Shown one piece after another: positions 13,025 to 25,131 of a DNA stretch of 64,000 bases (position 1 is its first letter; each line of letters starts with the position of its first letter). The stretch spans positions 1,054,001-1,118,000 of the forward strand of contig CDPCPM010000021.1 of NCBI GenBank assembly GCA_976551045.1. Direction: 5' to 3'. The notes beneath the pieces were generated by a model, which did no database searches, was not told where the DNA came from, and saw only the letters and a program-made list of their open reading frames with translations. The DNA comes from Glaucostegus cemiculus (Eukaryota). The translations under genes and the position numbers were made by a program.

Positions 13025-13357
13025 GACATCTTAAAAAGTCAACATGAAGAAATGTAACATTGACGTCAACAATTGGGAAACCAATGCCAAGGACAGGAAA
13101 CTCTGGCAAACCATCATCCGAGAAGGAACAGCAACTTTCGAAGCCAACAGATATGCAGAATTAGAGGAAAAGAGAAGAAAATGGAAAGAGAGGCAGCAAC
13201 AACCAAAGCCCAATCCGCCATCTGGAACTACCTGTTCTGAATGCAGAAGAACTTTCAGAGCCAAGATTGGATTTATAAGCCATTTGAGAGCCCATAAATA
13301 GATCAACAGAACAAAGACCATCACCCTCGACCTCAGGGGATAGCCATGACGACGACT
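13025..13357 (+). mobile_element. 3' end of an RTE-type LINE (5'-truncated) with C-terminal C2H2-like zinc finger
   Basis: ORF 13044-13301 reads ...WETNAKDRKLWQTIIREG...CSECRRTFRAKIGFISHLRAH, typical of RTE-clade ORF ends. A short 3' UTR ends in a (GAC)n tail. Confidence 0.8.
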
Positions 13358-13453
13358 TTCCAAAATAACTGCTTTGCCATTGTTTATCCTCAATTGATAT
13401 TTAGTAGTTACTTATGTTACAATCTATGGAGCAGATGAATCATAAAGGTCCTT

Positions 13454-13592
13454 TTTGTCAGTGGATTGAAAAGTGAAACAGTTTCAATGTAACAACCATC
13501 AGCTCCAGTCACAATCCACCTCATCTGCCTTTACTGTTTAAAGCAGCTTTTGTTACATTGAAACCTGTTTCACTTTTCAACCCACTGACAAA
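13454..13592. repeat. Near-perfect 42/43-bp inverted repeat with 54-nt spacer
   Basis: Arms 13454-13495 and 13550-13592 are reverse complements apart from one substitution and one 1-nt indel. Confidence 0.95.
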
Positions 13593-13849
13593 GATGATGT
13601 TAATGATTCATCTATGATCAAGTTACCTTGCTTATTGTGGGGTAAGTTGAACATAGAACTGACAACTCAATATCTGAATTCATACCATCTAAAAAGCAGC
13701 AAGCAGCAGTTTGAATTTAATCCATACTGCAGCCAATTGGATTTAAGATGTCCCCCTCCTAGTTCAAACGATGTACCTAAGCAAAGAAGAGCAAAAGTAT
13801 GCTGGCTGCTCCAACATTCAGTATGAACTGAACTGCCTCAGGGCTTAAT

Positions 13850-14645
13850 TCCTCTGTATGTTCCACATAACCCTCAATTACCTGGTCTTTCAGTACTCCA
13901 GTGATCTAGCCTACAGAACCGCCTGGGATAAAGAATGCCAGAGATTCCCACTCTCTGCAAGAAATTCCTACGGACCTCAGATTTAAATGACTGCTCCTTC
14001 ATCCACGACTCTCTGACTTGTGGAAACATTTCTACTTCTGTCATACCCTCTTAATTTCTTATATGATTTAATAAGATCATTCCTCATTCTTCTAAACTCC
14101 AAAGAATATAGATCCCATTATATCAGCTATTCATGATATGACAAACCTTTAACTGCCAGAATTAGTCTAGTGAATCTCTTCTGGACCTCCTTCAGTGATA
14201 GTATATCCTTACTTAAATTAGGGGATCAAAACCATACTGGAGTACTCCAGGTGTGGCCTCACCAACTGTACGATTGTAGCAATGCTGTCTTACTTATAAA
14301 CTCCAGTGCCCTTCCAATGAGCCATTTGTCTTCCCAACGACTTGCTGTACCCGCATGCTAAGTTTTTGTGTTTCATGCAAGAGGACACCTAAATCCTTCT
14401 GTACTTTGGTCATTTCCAATCTCTCTCCATTTAGTTGCCTTTAGTCTGCCTTTTGATTCCACCTACCAAAGAGCATAACTTCGCATTTTCATGTGTTAAA
14501 ACTCCAAATAGCAAGTTTTAGCCCTCTTACATAACCTATCCAGATCTTATTGCAGAGTCCACATATCATGGAAGCATGACCTTCCGTTTATTTTTGCATC
14601 ATCAGCAAACTTGCATACCTTACACACATCCCCCTCTTCCAGGTT
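13850..14645 (-). mobile_element. Degraded CR1 LINE, 3' half of ORF2
   Basis: Minus strand contains aagtttgctgatgat (KFADD) near 14600, ggtgaggccacacctggagtac (VRPHLEY) near 14250 and CR1-type 3' sequence. Confidence 0.85.
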
Positions 14646-14655
14646 ACTAGTATTA

Positions 14656-15492
14656 CAGTAAACACTTGTTTATCTGGTACTTATGCATCTGGATTTCTCT
14701 TGCAACTGGCAAAAATCTATTAAGCAATTTTATCTTTTTTTTCCTCCAAATGTGAAATTGAAATAGGCACACCAGATTCCAATGTGATTTTGTTGATGTG
14801 CCATAGCAGAGCAGCCCACCCTCAGTCCCTCGCGTGCATTTATTTGTGGCTATTGGTTCCAATTGTGCTTATAAACTACTGTACTTCTGTTTGCTATATA
14901 GGGTAAGAATGCTCTTGGCAAAGGTATGAAGTGGAAACATGTTGCTTGAACATTGAAACAGAAAATAGAAATAGGTAAAAGACTGAAAAAGGGTGAAATT
15001 GTAATGTTCGCATGGAAGATTTAAACATTGCATTTAATGTCATAAATCACTGAGGAACCAAAGTAAAGCTTACAGAGTTCTTCCTGAATTCAGAGAGTGA
15101 TAAAAGTGTTGAAAGTTTTATGCAGAGTAAGTGTGAAAAGACATTTGTAGTTTATTTACATTTTACATAAGGGCAGTGCAGTCGGAGGCTGATTAACAGC
15201 AACATCCTCTTTGAAGATTTGGCACTTGTGATTGAGAACAGTCATTCATTTGATTTACTTCTGCTGTATTTTACATCAATACTGATTAGCCTTAAAATAT
15301 AGAATTGTACTATAAACCATTGTTACTTGGAAAGGCAAGGACATGAGATATTTCTGGCAATTTATTTAAAGCTTTATGCATAGAATACTAGCAAGTGATG
15401 TATAGCAATGCCTTCTTAGAGCAATTCTCACGCAACCAGAACCTTCCCCCCCCCCCCCTCACCATAGTGACTGGATGGCTGAGAGTATATGG
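14656..15492 (+). mobile_element. Internally deleted Tigger/pogo (TcMar) DNA transposon fossil
   Basis: TA-flanked degenerate termini (TA|cagtaaacacttgtttatctgg ... ctggatggctgagagtatatgg|TA). Internal peptides MKWKHVA*TLKQKIEIGKRLKKGE (14926-14997) and KLTEFFLNSESDKSVE (15066-15113) resemble the CENP-B/Jerky N-terminal HTH region. Confidence 0.65.
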
Positions 15493-18400
15493 TATAGTAA
15501 ATAACTGAGGGCTGAGAACCCCAACACCATGAGCCCCAAAAGGTCTTTCTCTTTAAACTATGGCTGCCAAACTAAAAGTTCTGAATGCACTCACTAAACA
15601 TAGCCAGAAGTGTAGTAAACTTTACAAGCTATGCTACTGTCTTTGACTCATGTTAGGGAAATGAATGAGTCTTTCCATTAATCTCCATTTGATAATTTAC
15701 ATAAATAAGGATACCAATCCTCAAAATGTCAGCACATCAAATAATATAATATTTATGCACAAAGGTTATATTGAACAAAGGCCAAGCAACCACAAGCCCC
15801 TACCTGCTAAATCAAACTGCAGTTTAGTAGCTTTTCCCATCTGAAAATGAATTTCATCTATTCATCAAGTACAAAGAGAACCAGTCACTATTTGCATTGA
15901 CTGAAGAGTTTGGAAACTACCACCAATCAGTCATCAGCAAAGAGCAGCAGGAAAATATAATTTCATTGAATTCCACAAGTCTGTCTCAAAGCATTCTTTC
16001 ATATATAAAAATATAATTAGAGTTATTTAAACATCATATAGATTATTCAGGTATCATCCCATAAACATATAAAGCTATAATATATACACAATGTTGAATT
16101 CTCAGTCATGATAGCAACACTACATACAATATTAAATGTTGTATATTAATGTAGTTTCCAACCATAAATTTCCATTGTAGAGATTTATAATGGAGCTTAT
16201 AATTACAGTATGACATGTTAACACGCAGTTTCCGTGCTAAATGTGGATGTAGGAATTTATGAGAAATATAAAAATAACAATGAATTATGTCTGTGTTCTA
16301 CTGACCAATTATTCCCTCTCCACTACATCCCCTTCATCAGAAATCCAGGCTTTCTTCAAACTTGTCACTTTCACTACCTCAATAGATTGATTCTTACAGC
16401 TTTGTGCCACCTAATTCTAATATAAATTCCTACATCCACATTTATAATGAAAACTGTCTTTGTATAGTTGAGGCACTGGCTTTGAAATGGAGATTGAATT
16501 GTCCCTGTGTACCCAAGTCTAAATATCTCCTGCCCTTGAACCTCAGTTCATCTGAAAATTATATTTTGTCTCATGTGCAATTTCATAGAAATCTACATAT
16601 ATAAAAAGATCAGCACATACTTCCAAGTTGTTAGATAGTAATTAACAAGTGACAAAAGCACAGCAAAGCAGATGTAGCCTTTTTCTGTACTGGTCTTTCA
16701 CCCTAAAGTTATAACCCACTCATTATTGATCTGGTTAGAGGTAATTTTATATATTTCATAAACACTCAAAATTACTGTACGAGTGGGAATCTTCAGAAAA
16801 ACCAAGGCAAACTTTTAAGCAAGGTTAATTATTTATATTACGCCATTACATATTAATGGATGAGAGGCTGTACTGATTTGAAAATAACGGCCAGGCTAGT
16901 AGATGTCTCAGTGTCCCAAACTGCAAGATTAAAACTAAAATGGTTTATTGTTATCTGAATTCAGAGAACAAATGTTCTTAAACCCTTTCAAGCCACACTT
17001 TCTCCTTAGGCACTAATGGAGCGTGAAGTATTCTAAGTACATTCTACAGTTCTTCTTTATTGCTCTTTTGATCAAATTTCTACCTAGACTCAGCATAGAT
17101 CTTTGCAAAACATTCCTTCCAGCGCTTCTCTGTACATACAGGATCTCATGAATGCAGTGCCACTTATTGTTGCTTTTCTGTTCCTGTATGACACATGTAG
17201 GAATGTTAGAGGAGCAGAAAGGAAATGGAGGAAGAAAAGAAAAATGAAAAGAGATCACCGCTTCTGCTTGTAGTATGACAATTGTCTTAGGACACTTGTC
17301 ACTGATGCTCTGGAGTCATGGATGGCAGATATAAGAATTAATTTCCTATTGCTGGCTGTTCAGCTGAACTCTTGGTGTAAAGATGCCAAAAGCACAAGCA
17401 GCACTTATTCACTGTCAACTCATTTTGATAATTATTTCTGGCTTTGTGTTGGGAGCGTGCTTCTTGGGAAGTGTACGGCAAAACTGAAAACCTCCAGTTG
17501 ATCAGATTTAAAACTTGGCATCAAAGGAAACTGCTGGATTTAGGGGTAAATCTAATATTGCTTTAAAGTTTAAAATACATTTTTATCTTTTTCCACATCT
17601 GGGAGCTGAGAGCTATGTCAGGCAGAGTGAAAGGAAAGAAAACCCAGTGTGAAGGCACAGAATGGATTTTGTAGACAATTGACAGCATGGGGTTTGCTCC
17701 TGCATCCCTGAATTTCTTAAACTCAATATATTGGCACTATTCACATGCTACTTGTATCCAGCAACAGGACATTTCTGGTACAACTTGTGAAGAACCTACA
17801 AACATATCTGCTGCTGCATGTTGGCACAGCAGCAATGGCAATGGAAATGACTGGAGCTATCTTTATTACAGACCCATCTGTTTTTGCCATGAATAAGTAC
17901 AATCATTATATATGTTTTGCAATTTCTTCTCATTGTACCAGCAAGAATACCAGCAGCATCATAAGGTCACGTAGATAGCTTTTGGCTTGAATTTCACACA
18001 CACTCCCCTTACTGGGTTTAGATGACCTGAAGTCATGATGACTTGAATGATTATTGGTACAGTTAAAGTCTTCCAGAACTAGTGGGCAATGGAGGGTGTA
18101 GTGGTGATAATTAGTTACAATTATCATTTTGTGACTTAATTATGATTTGTATACCATACATCATTCTTACTGCTGGTTTTCCTGAGGGAAACTCCCCTTA
18201 ATGATTTTCATCCCCATCTGCCGTCCCACACCATGAGTGTTCCAGGTTTCTCAGCTGTATGAGAAGCAGCAGCAAGTTCGACTGACTTTTTGTTTTGTTG
18301 AAATAGATACAAACAGTTGATGGCTACTGCACTTGTGCTCGAAGGTATAATTAAAATGACAGCTCTTCAATTTCCTCAGACAGACTGGAGCTGCACCACA

Positions 18401-20204
18401 CTGAAAACTTGCTGTAATTGCCAGCATGGCTTTAGGAGGGTAACCCGAGGGTTCAAGTAAAGCTGTTATTTTACCACGGTCATTTTTGGTGAAGTTCTGC
18501 TGGCTCCCCTGATCTGGTTACAGAAGTTAAACTTTGCAAAACTGTCGTCTATATTCATAAGCATTACATTCAATTTTCCATTTCTACTATAAATAGAAAA
18601 GTCTCATCGAAAAGTGGTGAAGATGATAATCGATCTCTCTAATGCAACTTTCACTCACATAATAAAGATGGCAATCAATTTATGCAGTATAAATGCCGAG
18701 AGCTGCTGCGGAAACCAACTCTATCAATGCCTATTAGTAACTGTCCACTTTCAATTGGAAGGCAATAATGGTTGTAATAATGGGTTGTATTGGCCCAATG
18801 CCCAACTGGAACATTTAATACTTCTGAATGTCCCTGACCTGAAGCCCTCTGCAAAGCTAAGCTGTACACCCACAGGACTTGCACGTTGGCAACAGATACA
18901 GCCTTTGTAGTTAACAACTCAGTTCTGTGGCTAGGAGAGCCTATTGATTAAAAAAGGTACAGAACGACAAGTATACTTTACTCCCTTAAACATCCTGCAT
19001 TATTTTTGTTTATACAATGGTGGACCTGACCTACCTCTCACAGTTGATCCTCTGACCTCCTCTCTACCCTGCACTTGCATGTTCCTTTTGCGGCTGTGCA
19101 GTTCCAAACATACTGTCGGCATCGCTGCTGTTGTCATTCCACAAGCTGGTGCAGGCCACAGATCATTCTGATGGCCTTCTGACAACTTGTGCGGTCAAAG
19201 GCTTTTTCATCATTTCAAATGCCTGTTTTTCACAGGCACTTAAAAATTCTTGAAATTGATTTAAATGACTCAAAAGTTATCTTTTTACATAATAATAAAC
19301 CACATTTAACTGATGTAAACTGCTTTGTTCGTGTTTTCAATTTTTAAAAAATCCAACTTCGTCATCAACTTTTCACGAGGCCACCCTGGATATGCTGGCT
19401 ATTGCTGATGTAAATCTAGGAGGTCAGATATGAACATTATCTGGCCTCTCAGCTCAGCATGGTGAAAAGTCCACTGCACCCAGCTCCGATCTCCAGCGTG
19501 TTCTATATTTCCACATGACAGTACATAGTGGCAAAAGTCCAACAAGCACGGCATGTTCCTTTGTGCAACTGCTGGCTGGCCATCAGCATGATCCACCCCT
19601 CTATGTAATCAGCACATTCAATGCATGAACAAAGGGAGGAGTTGAAATAAAGAACTGAGGCCTACCTACAATATACAAACAATAGCAAAGTAAATATTCT
19701 GTATTAAGATAAGATTCAGAACATCTTTAACCATCTGGTTACTTGTGAAATCACACTTTAAGAATGCCAGATATTTAAAATTTGTGCCTCTTTTGACTAT
19801 TGTCTTTTCAATATATTCATTTCACCAACTCAACAGTTACGTGCTGATTGATTTGAGTCCAGAAATATTCAACATAATTACACATTTTTTTAGAAAAAGG
19901 TCACAGATCTATGTTTGCAGTAGAATAATATACACCTATCATATCCTTACAACAGTCCTTTATGTAACTCAATTGAACAATATCACAATGGCCCTGCATG
20001 TCTAATGCTACCGTGTACGGATCTACTGTAACCTTTGGCTGAATTTCATACTTGTAAAACAGCTACAAGTACTGACTGGTGGGGGGAGGGGGTGATGGTG
20101 GGGGGAAATGGGAAGGAGAGGGGAGAGCTCTGATAAGAATTGTCCTGGACAACTGATCCTGGAGTCAAGGAGGAACAACCAGTGATAACTGGTAGGATGG
20201 ATGA

Positions 20205-20890
20205 AAGTGCCAGACAATGACCATCTCCAACAAGAGTCTCGTCATCTACCCTTGGCATTCAATTGCATTATTATCACTGAGCCCTCAGCGCCAACATTCT
20301 GGGGAACATCACTGACCAAAAAACTCAACTGGACCATCCACATAAATACTATACCTACAAGATTTCGTCAGAGGTAGGTTATCTTTTGATGAGCGAGAAT
20401 ATCCTGGATCCTTTCCACACTCTACAAGGCACAAGTCAAAGGCTTAATGGAAAACTCTCCAACTACATTCATGCATCTCAGCACCATCCAGGACAAAACA
20501 GCCTGCGTGGTTGGTATCCCAGCAACCACCCTAAACATTTATTTCCTCCACAAGTGGCTGCAGTGTCTGGCATATGCAAAATGCATTGCAGTTACTCACT
20601 CAGGCTACTCTGGCAATACCTCCTAAACCCACAATCTTTACCACCAAGAGCTTCAGTTACATGGGAACCCCATCACATGCAGGTTCCCCTTCAAGTCACA
20701 TACCATTCTGACTCGGGAATATATCACTGGTCATTTATCACCACTGTGTCTAAATCCTGGAATTTGCTCCCCAGCTGTGGGAGTATCTTCACCAGAAGAA
20801 CTGCAGCAGTCCACCTTTTCCACAACAATTAAGGACAGACAATAACTGCTGGTGTTGCCCGTAATATCCAGGACAATAAGAATTAATAAA
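20205..20890 (+). mobile_element. 3' portion of a second CR1/L2-superclade LINE family ('family B')
   Basis: KCQTMTISNK followed by an ILG.ITDQKLNW-like segment and a 3' tail. Homologous to copies at about 29870-31292, 42100-43790 and 58005-58620. Confidence 0.75.
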
Positions 20891-21379
20891 ATTTTAAAAA
20901 ATTCCAGAGCAACCATAACAGTGAATGAATGAGTGAAGCTGATGGAAATATTTTTGAAGAATAATTTTGGTTGCTGTCTTTTAAGGTCAGAAACAAAGCA
21001 CCGATAATAAATTTTGCATTGTAATAAGAAATAAAAGCAGAGTAACAGAATTAAAAACAGAACAATTAAAACTCAACTGCATGCTGTCTCTCATGTACAA
21101 CAATCTTTTTAGCAAGAGTTTCAGTCAGAAACTGATTCCTCCGACATTTATGGAGCTTCTTGGGCCTACCACTCGGACAGCCTAAGAAACTCCATAAAGC
21201 TCAGCGGACGCCCGATGGAGTTAGTGTACTAAGCTCCACGGATACCCCAGTGCAGATTGTCTGAGTGGGCTGTGCAGTGAACTCCCAGCATGCATTAAGG
21301 CAGCTTCCCATCAAAGCATTATCAACATATTCACATTTCTGCAACTGGGGAGAAATTATTTATGATTGACAGCAGTACT

Positions 21380-21725
21380 GTATGGTGGTACAGTAGTTAT
21401 TTCACTAGCCTTCTGAAGGCTTGGACTAATTCTCTGCAGAATTTAAGGTTAAACCCCATCAATTGAGTTGGAAAATTTGAATTCAATATTAAAGAACTTG
21501 GAAATAAATAAAAATTTGCTCTGGATAAAAGTGACCATGAAAATCAAACCGGTTCACAAATGCTTTTCGTTGAAGGGAATCCAGTGTGCTATTTGCTCTG
21601 TGTGCCCTAGTATGTGACACTGGGATCAATTTTTTACTCCAAGGTCCAGGAAGGGCAACTATCACCTCAGGGCAATTAAATGGACAATATCACTGCTGCC
21701 AGCAATACTTATATCTTGAGAATGA
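21380..21725 (+). mobile_element. tRNA-derived SINE with a family-B LINE-like tail
   Basis: tRNA-like head (tggtggtacagtagtta...ggttaaacccc), core ggttcacaaatgcttttcgttgaagggaatc shared with the copies at 41560 and 45935, tail gggcaattaaatggacaata. Confidence 0.6.
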
Positions 21726-22384
21726 TTTAAAGCTTTATTAAATAGATGTTTTTGTTTATTAACTGCACTTATGACATATGCAGATTTGTTTGTTAATTGA
21801 AGGGTAACAATTGTATTTGCTGCTTCTGTACTTGCACCACTTGCCCTCCAAGAACCAATCGAGATGCACTAGTACTTCAGACAAAATTGTCTCAGTCAAG
21901 CTGTACAGCCTTGTCCCCACCTCAGCACTCCAACTTGCCTGCCAAATTTCTTGGTCAGATCTGCTAATGTACAAAACAGTATTTTATCTTTTTTGCATAT
22001 AGAAATAAATCTATGGCTGCAAGTCCATCCAGGCATATCTTAGTGCCCAGAACTGGGCTTACATGGTCAGTGGGGTGCTGGGAGGTGGTTATTATGTTAT
22101 AGCGGCTGGAGGAGCAGGGAGGCAACGGTAGGGTAAACGCAAATCTTGCTTCCCATGTTCCCAAGACATTTTCTGCCAGGCAAGTCAAAACAGGATCTGG
22201 TTCCTCATTTACTGACCACTTCAGGGTATGCCAGATACACCCATCTCAATCAGGTGCCCTTGAAACAGTGGTGACCATGTAGCATACATTCTGAACTGCA
22301 AAGTGGGGGTGAGCAGTGTAGCTCGGACTCTACCTCAGACTCTACCTCACTGAACATGAAACCATAGCAAATCCTGCTATAGGT

Positions 22385-22563
22385 GCAGTAATGTTGAAGA
22401 TTTTGCTACCTGTTACTTTCAGCACTGATCTATTTTGGTACAGGTTATTCATAAATAATCATAAATAGATCTGTACCTACGTGCTTGTGATGCTGCTGCA
22501 AGTTTTTCATTGTATAGTACCTCACCATGAGGTGCACATGAAATAAACTTGGCTTGACTTGAT
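22385..22563 (+). mobile_element. LINE 3' UTR/tail (Rex/Babar-like)
   Basis: tgtgatgctgctgcaagtttttcattgta...gtgcacatgaaataaacttggcttgacttga: a poly(A)-like signal followed by a short tandem tail. Confidence 0.55.
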
Positions 22564-24199
22564 AACTGCATTGTCATTACACTATAACACATTAATAGAC
22601 CAAATCACCCCAACGGTGCCTAGAAGTTTCAAATGGAACCACCTGTGTTCAGCTATTTGAAAACAGAAGGAAGGCCTGTACTTGAACAGACAGTGAATCC
22701 AGGATGTTTACTGATGAAGGACACTAAATCCCTCACCAGCTTCCATCACTGGATTCCACGTGGTAATGAGCAGCAGGCCTCAGTTTTGCTGTGATTCCAC
22801 CACATGCTGATTGGGGGGGGGGAAAAAAAACTCCATTTAGATCCTGCACCAGATCAGACTTGATGTAGGATCCAAAATCTCATTGATTTCCATGGGGATT
22901 GTTGACAGCAGAGGGGAATTTAAGTTTTCTTTCTTTAAATTATCTTGCTTTAGTTTAATATTTTTAACTACTTCTGCTGTTCTGTATTTTAATAAACTAT
23001 GTATTTTAAAATGTTTAAAATAATTTTTACCTAAAATTATTTACATCAATTTTAATAGTTTTTTTAAAATATCTCCGAATCCTGCCAAATGCCATTGGGG
23101 ACATTTTTGAGTTGGGGGAGATGGCTGGGGAGGAAGAAGAGGCTTCTAGTACACTGCCTGCAGCTCATTCACCTTCAGAATCTTGTCACTGGACTCAAGG
23201 ATGTAGAGAGCAAGTGAGGTGAGCTTGTTGTTTCATTCCAGATGAGCACAGGTGTCGGGCAATTCAGTTCAACTTGCCTGGACCAGCCCACTGCACACAA
23301 GTTCAATTGCATATGCAGAATAATTAACCTTTGAAACTAGTCAGATCGTGTGGCTCTCAAACTATGTTTATACCTTCTACCAGTCCAGAAAACTGTGATG
23401 TCATATAGGAAGCAGTGCATAGGTACAGAGTTAAGTATTATTTTATTAACATTCGGATTCCATTAACGTATATAGTTCACCAGATTTTCTGCTCTGAAAT
23501 GATAAACAGCAAAGAGTTGAATAAAATCTAATATTCACAGACTATTGGTAAGAAGGGGCCTAAAATGACAGAAAATCATTCTGGGGTCAAGTATCTGGTC
23601 TTGTTGTAAAACCTAGAGAAGCTCACAGGCCTGCGGTTGGAAACTGCTCACCTAATGAGGTCATTAAAGCCAAGCTTCCATCAATAATTTTTTGACAAAT
23701 TTTAATTAATAATTCATTGAAGTGTCTTGGGATGTATATTTTGTGTGTGAAGGACAGTTAATCCATATTGCAAATTTTTCTTTTCTTTTCCAAACTTTGA
23801 CGACGGTATAAGTGGCAATACCTGCTGACTAAAGAAACTTGCTGTCATATATATTTGTTTATTCTAAGGAAAGGTTCCCATAGTTATTGTGGATGAATAA
23901 TAACAGCAGTGAACCTTCATGGGAGTTCTGCATACATTTCAGCTGTTCCAAGATAGAAAACTCTTTAAGCAAAAGTTACATGAGTATTCTTTGTGTGTAT
24001 CAAAACCCAGGCATGTAACAAGCTGGAGCAAAGTTTCCACTGCCTTCTATCTGTGGAAAGGTTTGTATTTACTTTTCCCTACATCCTTCAACTAGGTGAC
24101 TTTTTAACCAAGTATAGAAGAATAGATTTCCCATTGCTGTTGACGGATGAACAGTTTCAAGGTAGAGGAATGGGGAAGTAGTGACAGAGATCCCCTCAC

Positions 24200-24900
24200 G
24201 TCACACTGCCCTTGGGCATTCTTCAACGATTCCATAATTCACTAACACTACAAGAATACAAAAAGAGGTGGCCGCAGGAAGCATGCTTAGAATCGCTATC
24301 CTGTGGTTTTGTCCGAGGGTGTAACCAATTTCTGGACACTTCACCGGGACCCCGTCAGGCTAGATTATTTTCAAGGGTCCCAATAGCAGCTTGAAAAATC
24401 AACATCAGATAGAAATGAGGGAGGAAATCATCCCTGTTCTGAATAAACCTTTGGGCTCTGTGTCCCCACAACATTGGTGCATCACATTTTTTCGATACTC
24501 ACTACCTTTTTGAGGAGACTGACACCTACCACTACCCTCCTGGAAAGAAAAGCATTCATTGACCTCATGTTAAGAACAAACATGACTTCCTGAATCAATC
24601 AGCTGCGCTCTTTTGATTCATTGGGTATTTGGTCTTCTAATCACATTGAAGTGCTGACAAATTATATATCAATATTTAGGCTCTGGAGGCAGGTAATTGC
24701 ATCAAGTCTAGTATCAGGTATGTGCCTGGGAAAAGGCACCATCCATTTCTTGGTGAAAATAATGACAAAATCTTCACTGTGGACAACCCTTCTGCGCAAG
24801 ATATAGACAAAGTGTGCAGCAGCTTCAGTCCAGGAGTAGTGAAGAAGTCTTTCCTTAGGATGTTGCTGTGTTCCCTTCCGACCTCCACTGTTCCTCTCAA
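24200..24900 (-). mobile_element. Possible ancient hAT transposase remnant
   Basis: Frameshifted minus-strand peptides LLKKVVSI, PMLWGHRAQRFIQNRDDFL (cf. LRGH...NRGNFL) and AQGQCD (cf. CRGQCYD) occur in the expected order. Confidence 0.3.
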
Positions 24901-25073
24901 TTAAATGGGATGTATAGTTGGGAGCTTGTCCCGTGGAGATTTCTTCAATTTGAGTTGGGATCTTGGCATGTCTTCCCTTTTATGATGGATTGGGGATCAC
25001 TCAATGTTTCCTTCTAATGTCTGGGAGAGTGATGTTTAAAAGTAGCAAGAGACAGGGATGACTTTAATGCTTC

Positions 25074-25131
25074 CATAATGGTATGGGTGGTACAAACATA
25101 TGTACATAATGGTATGGGTGGTACAAGCATA
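25074..25131. repeat. Tandem duplication, 31-bp period, about 2 copies
   Basis: cataatggtatgggtggtacaa(a/g)cata at 25074 and 25105. Confidence 0.9.
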
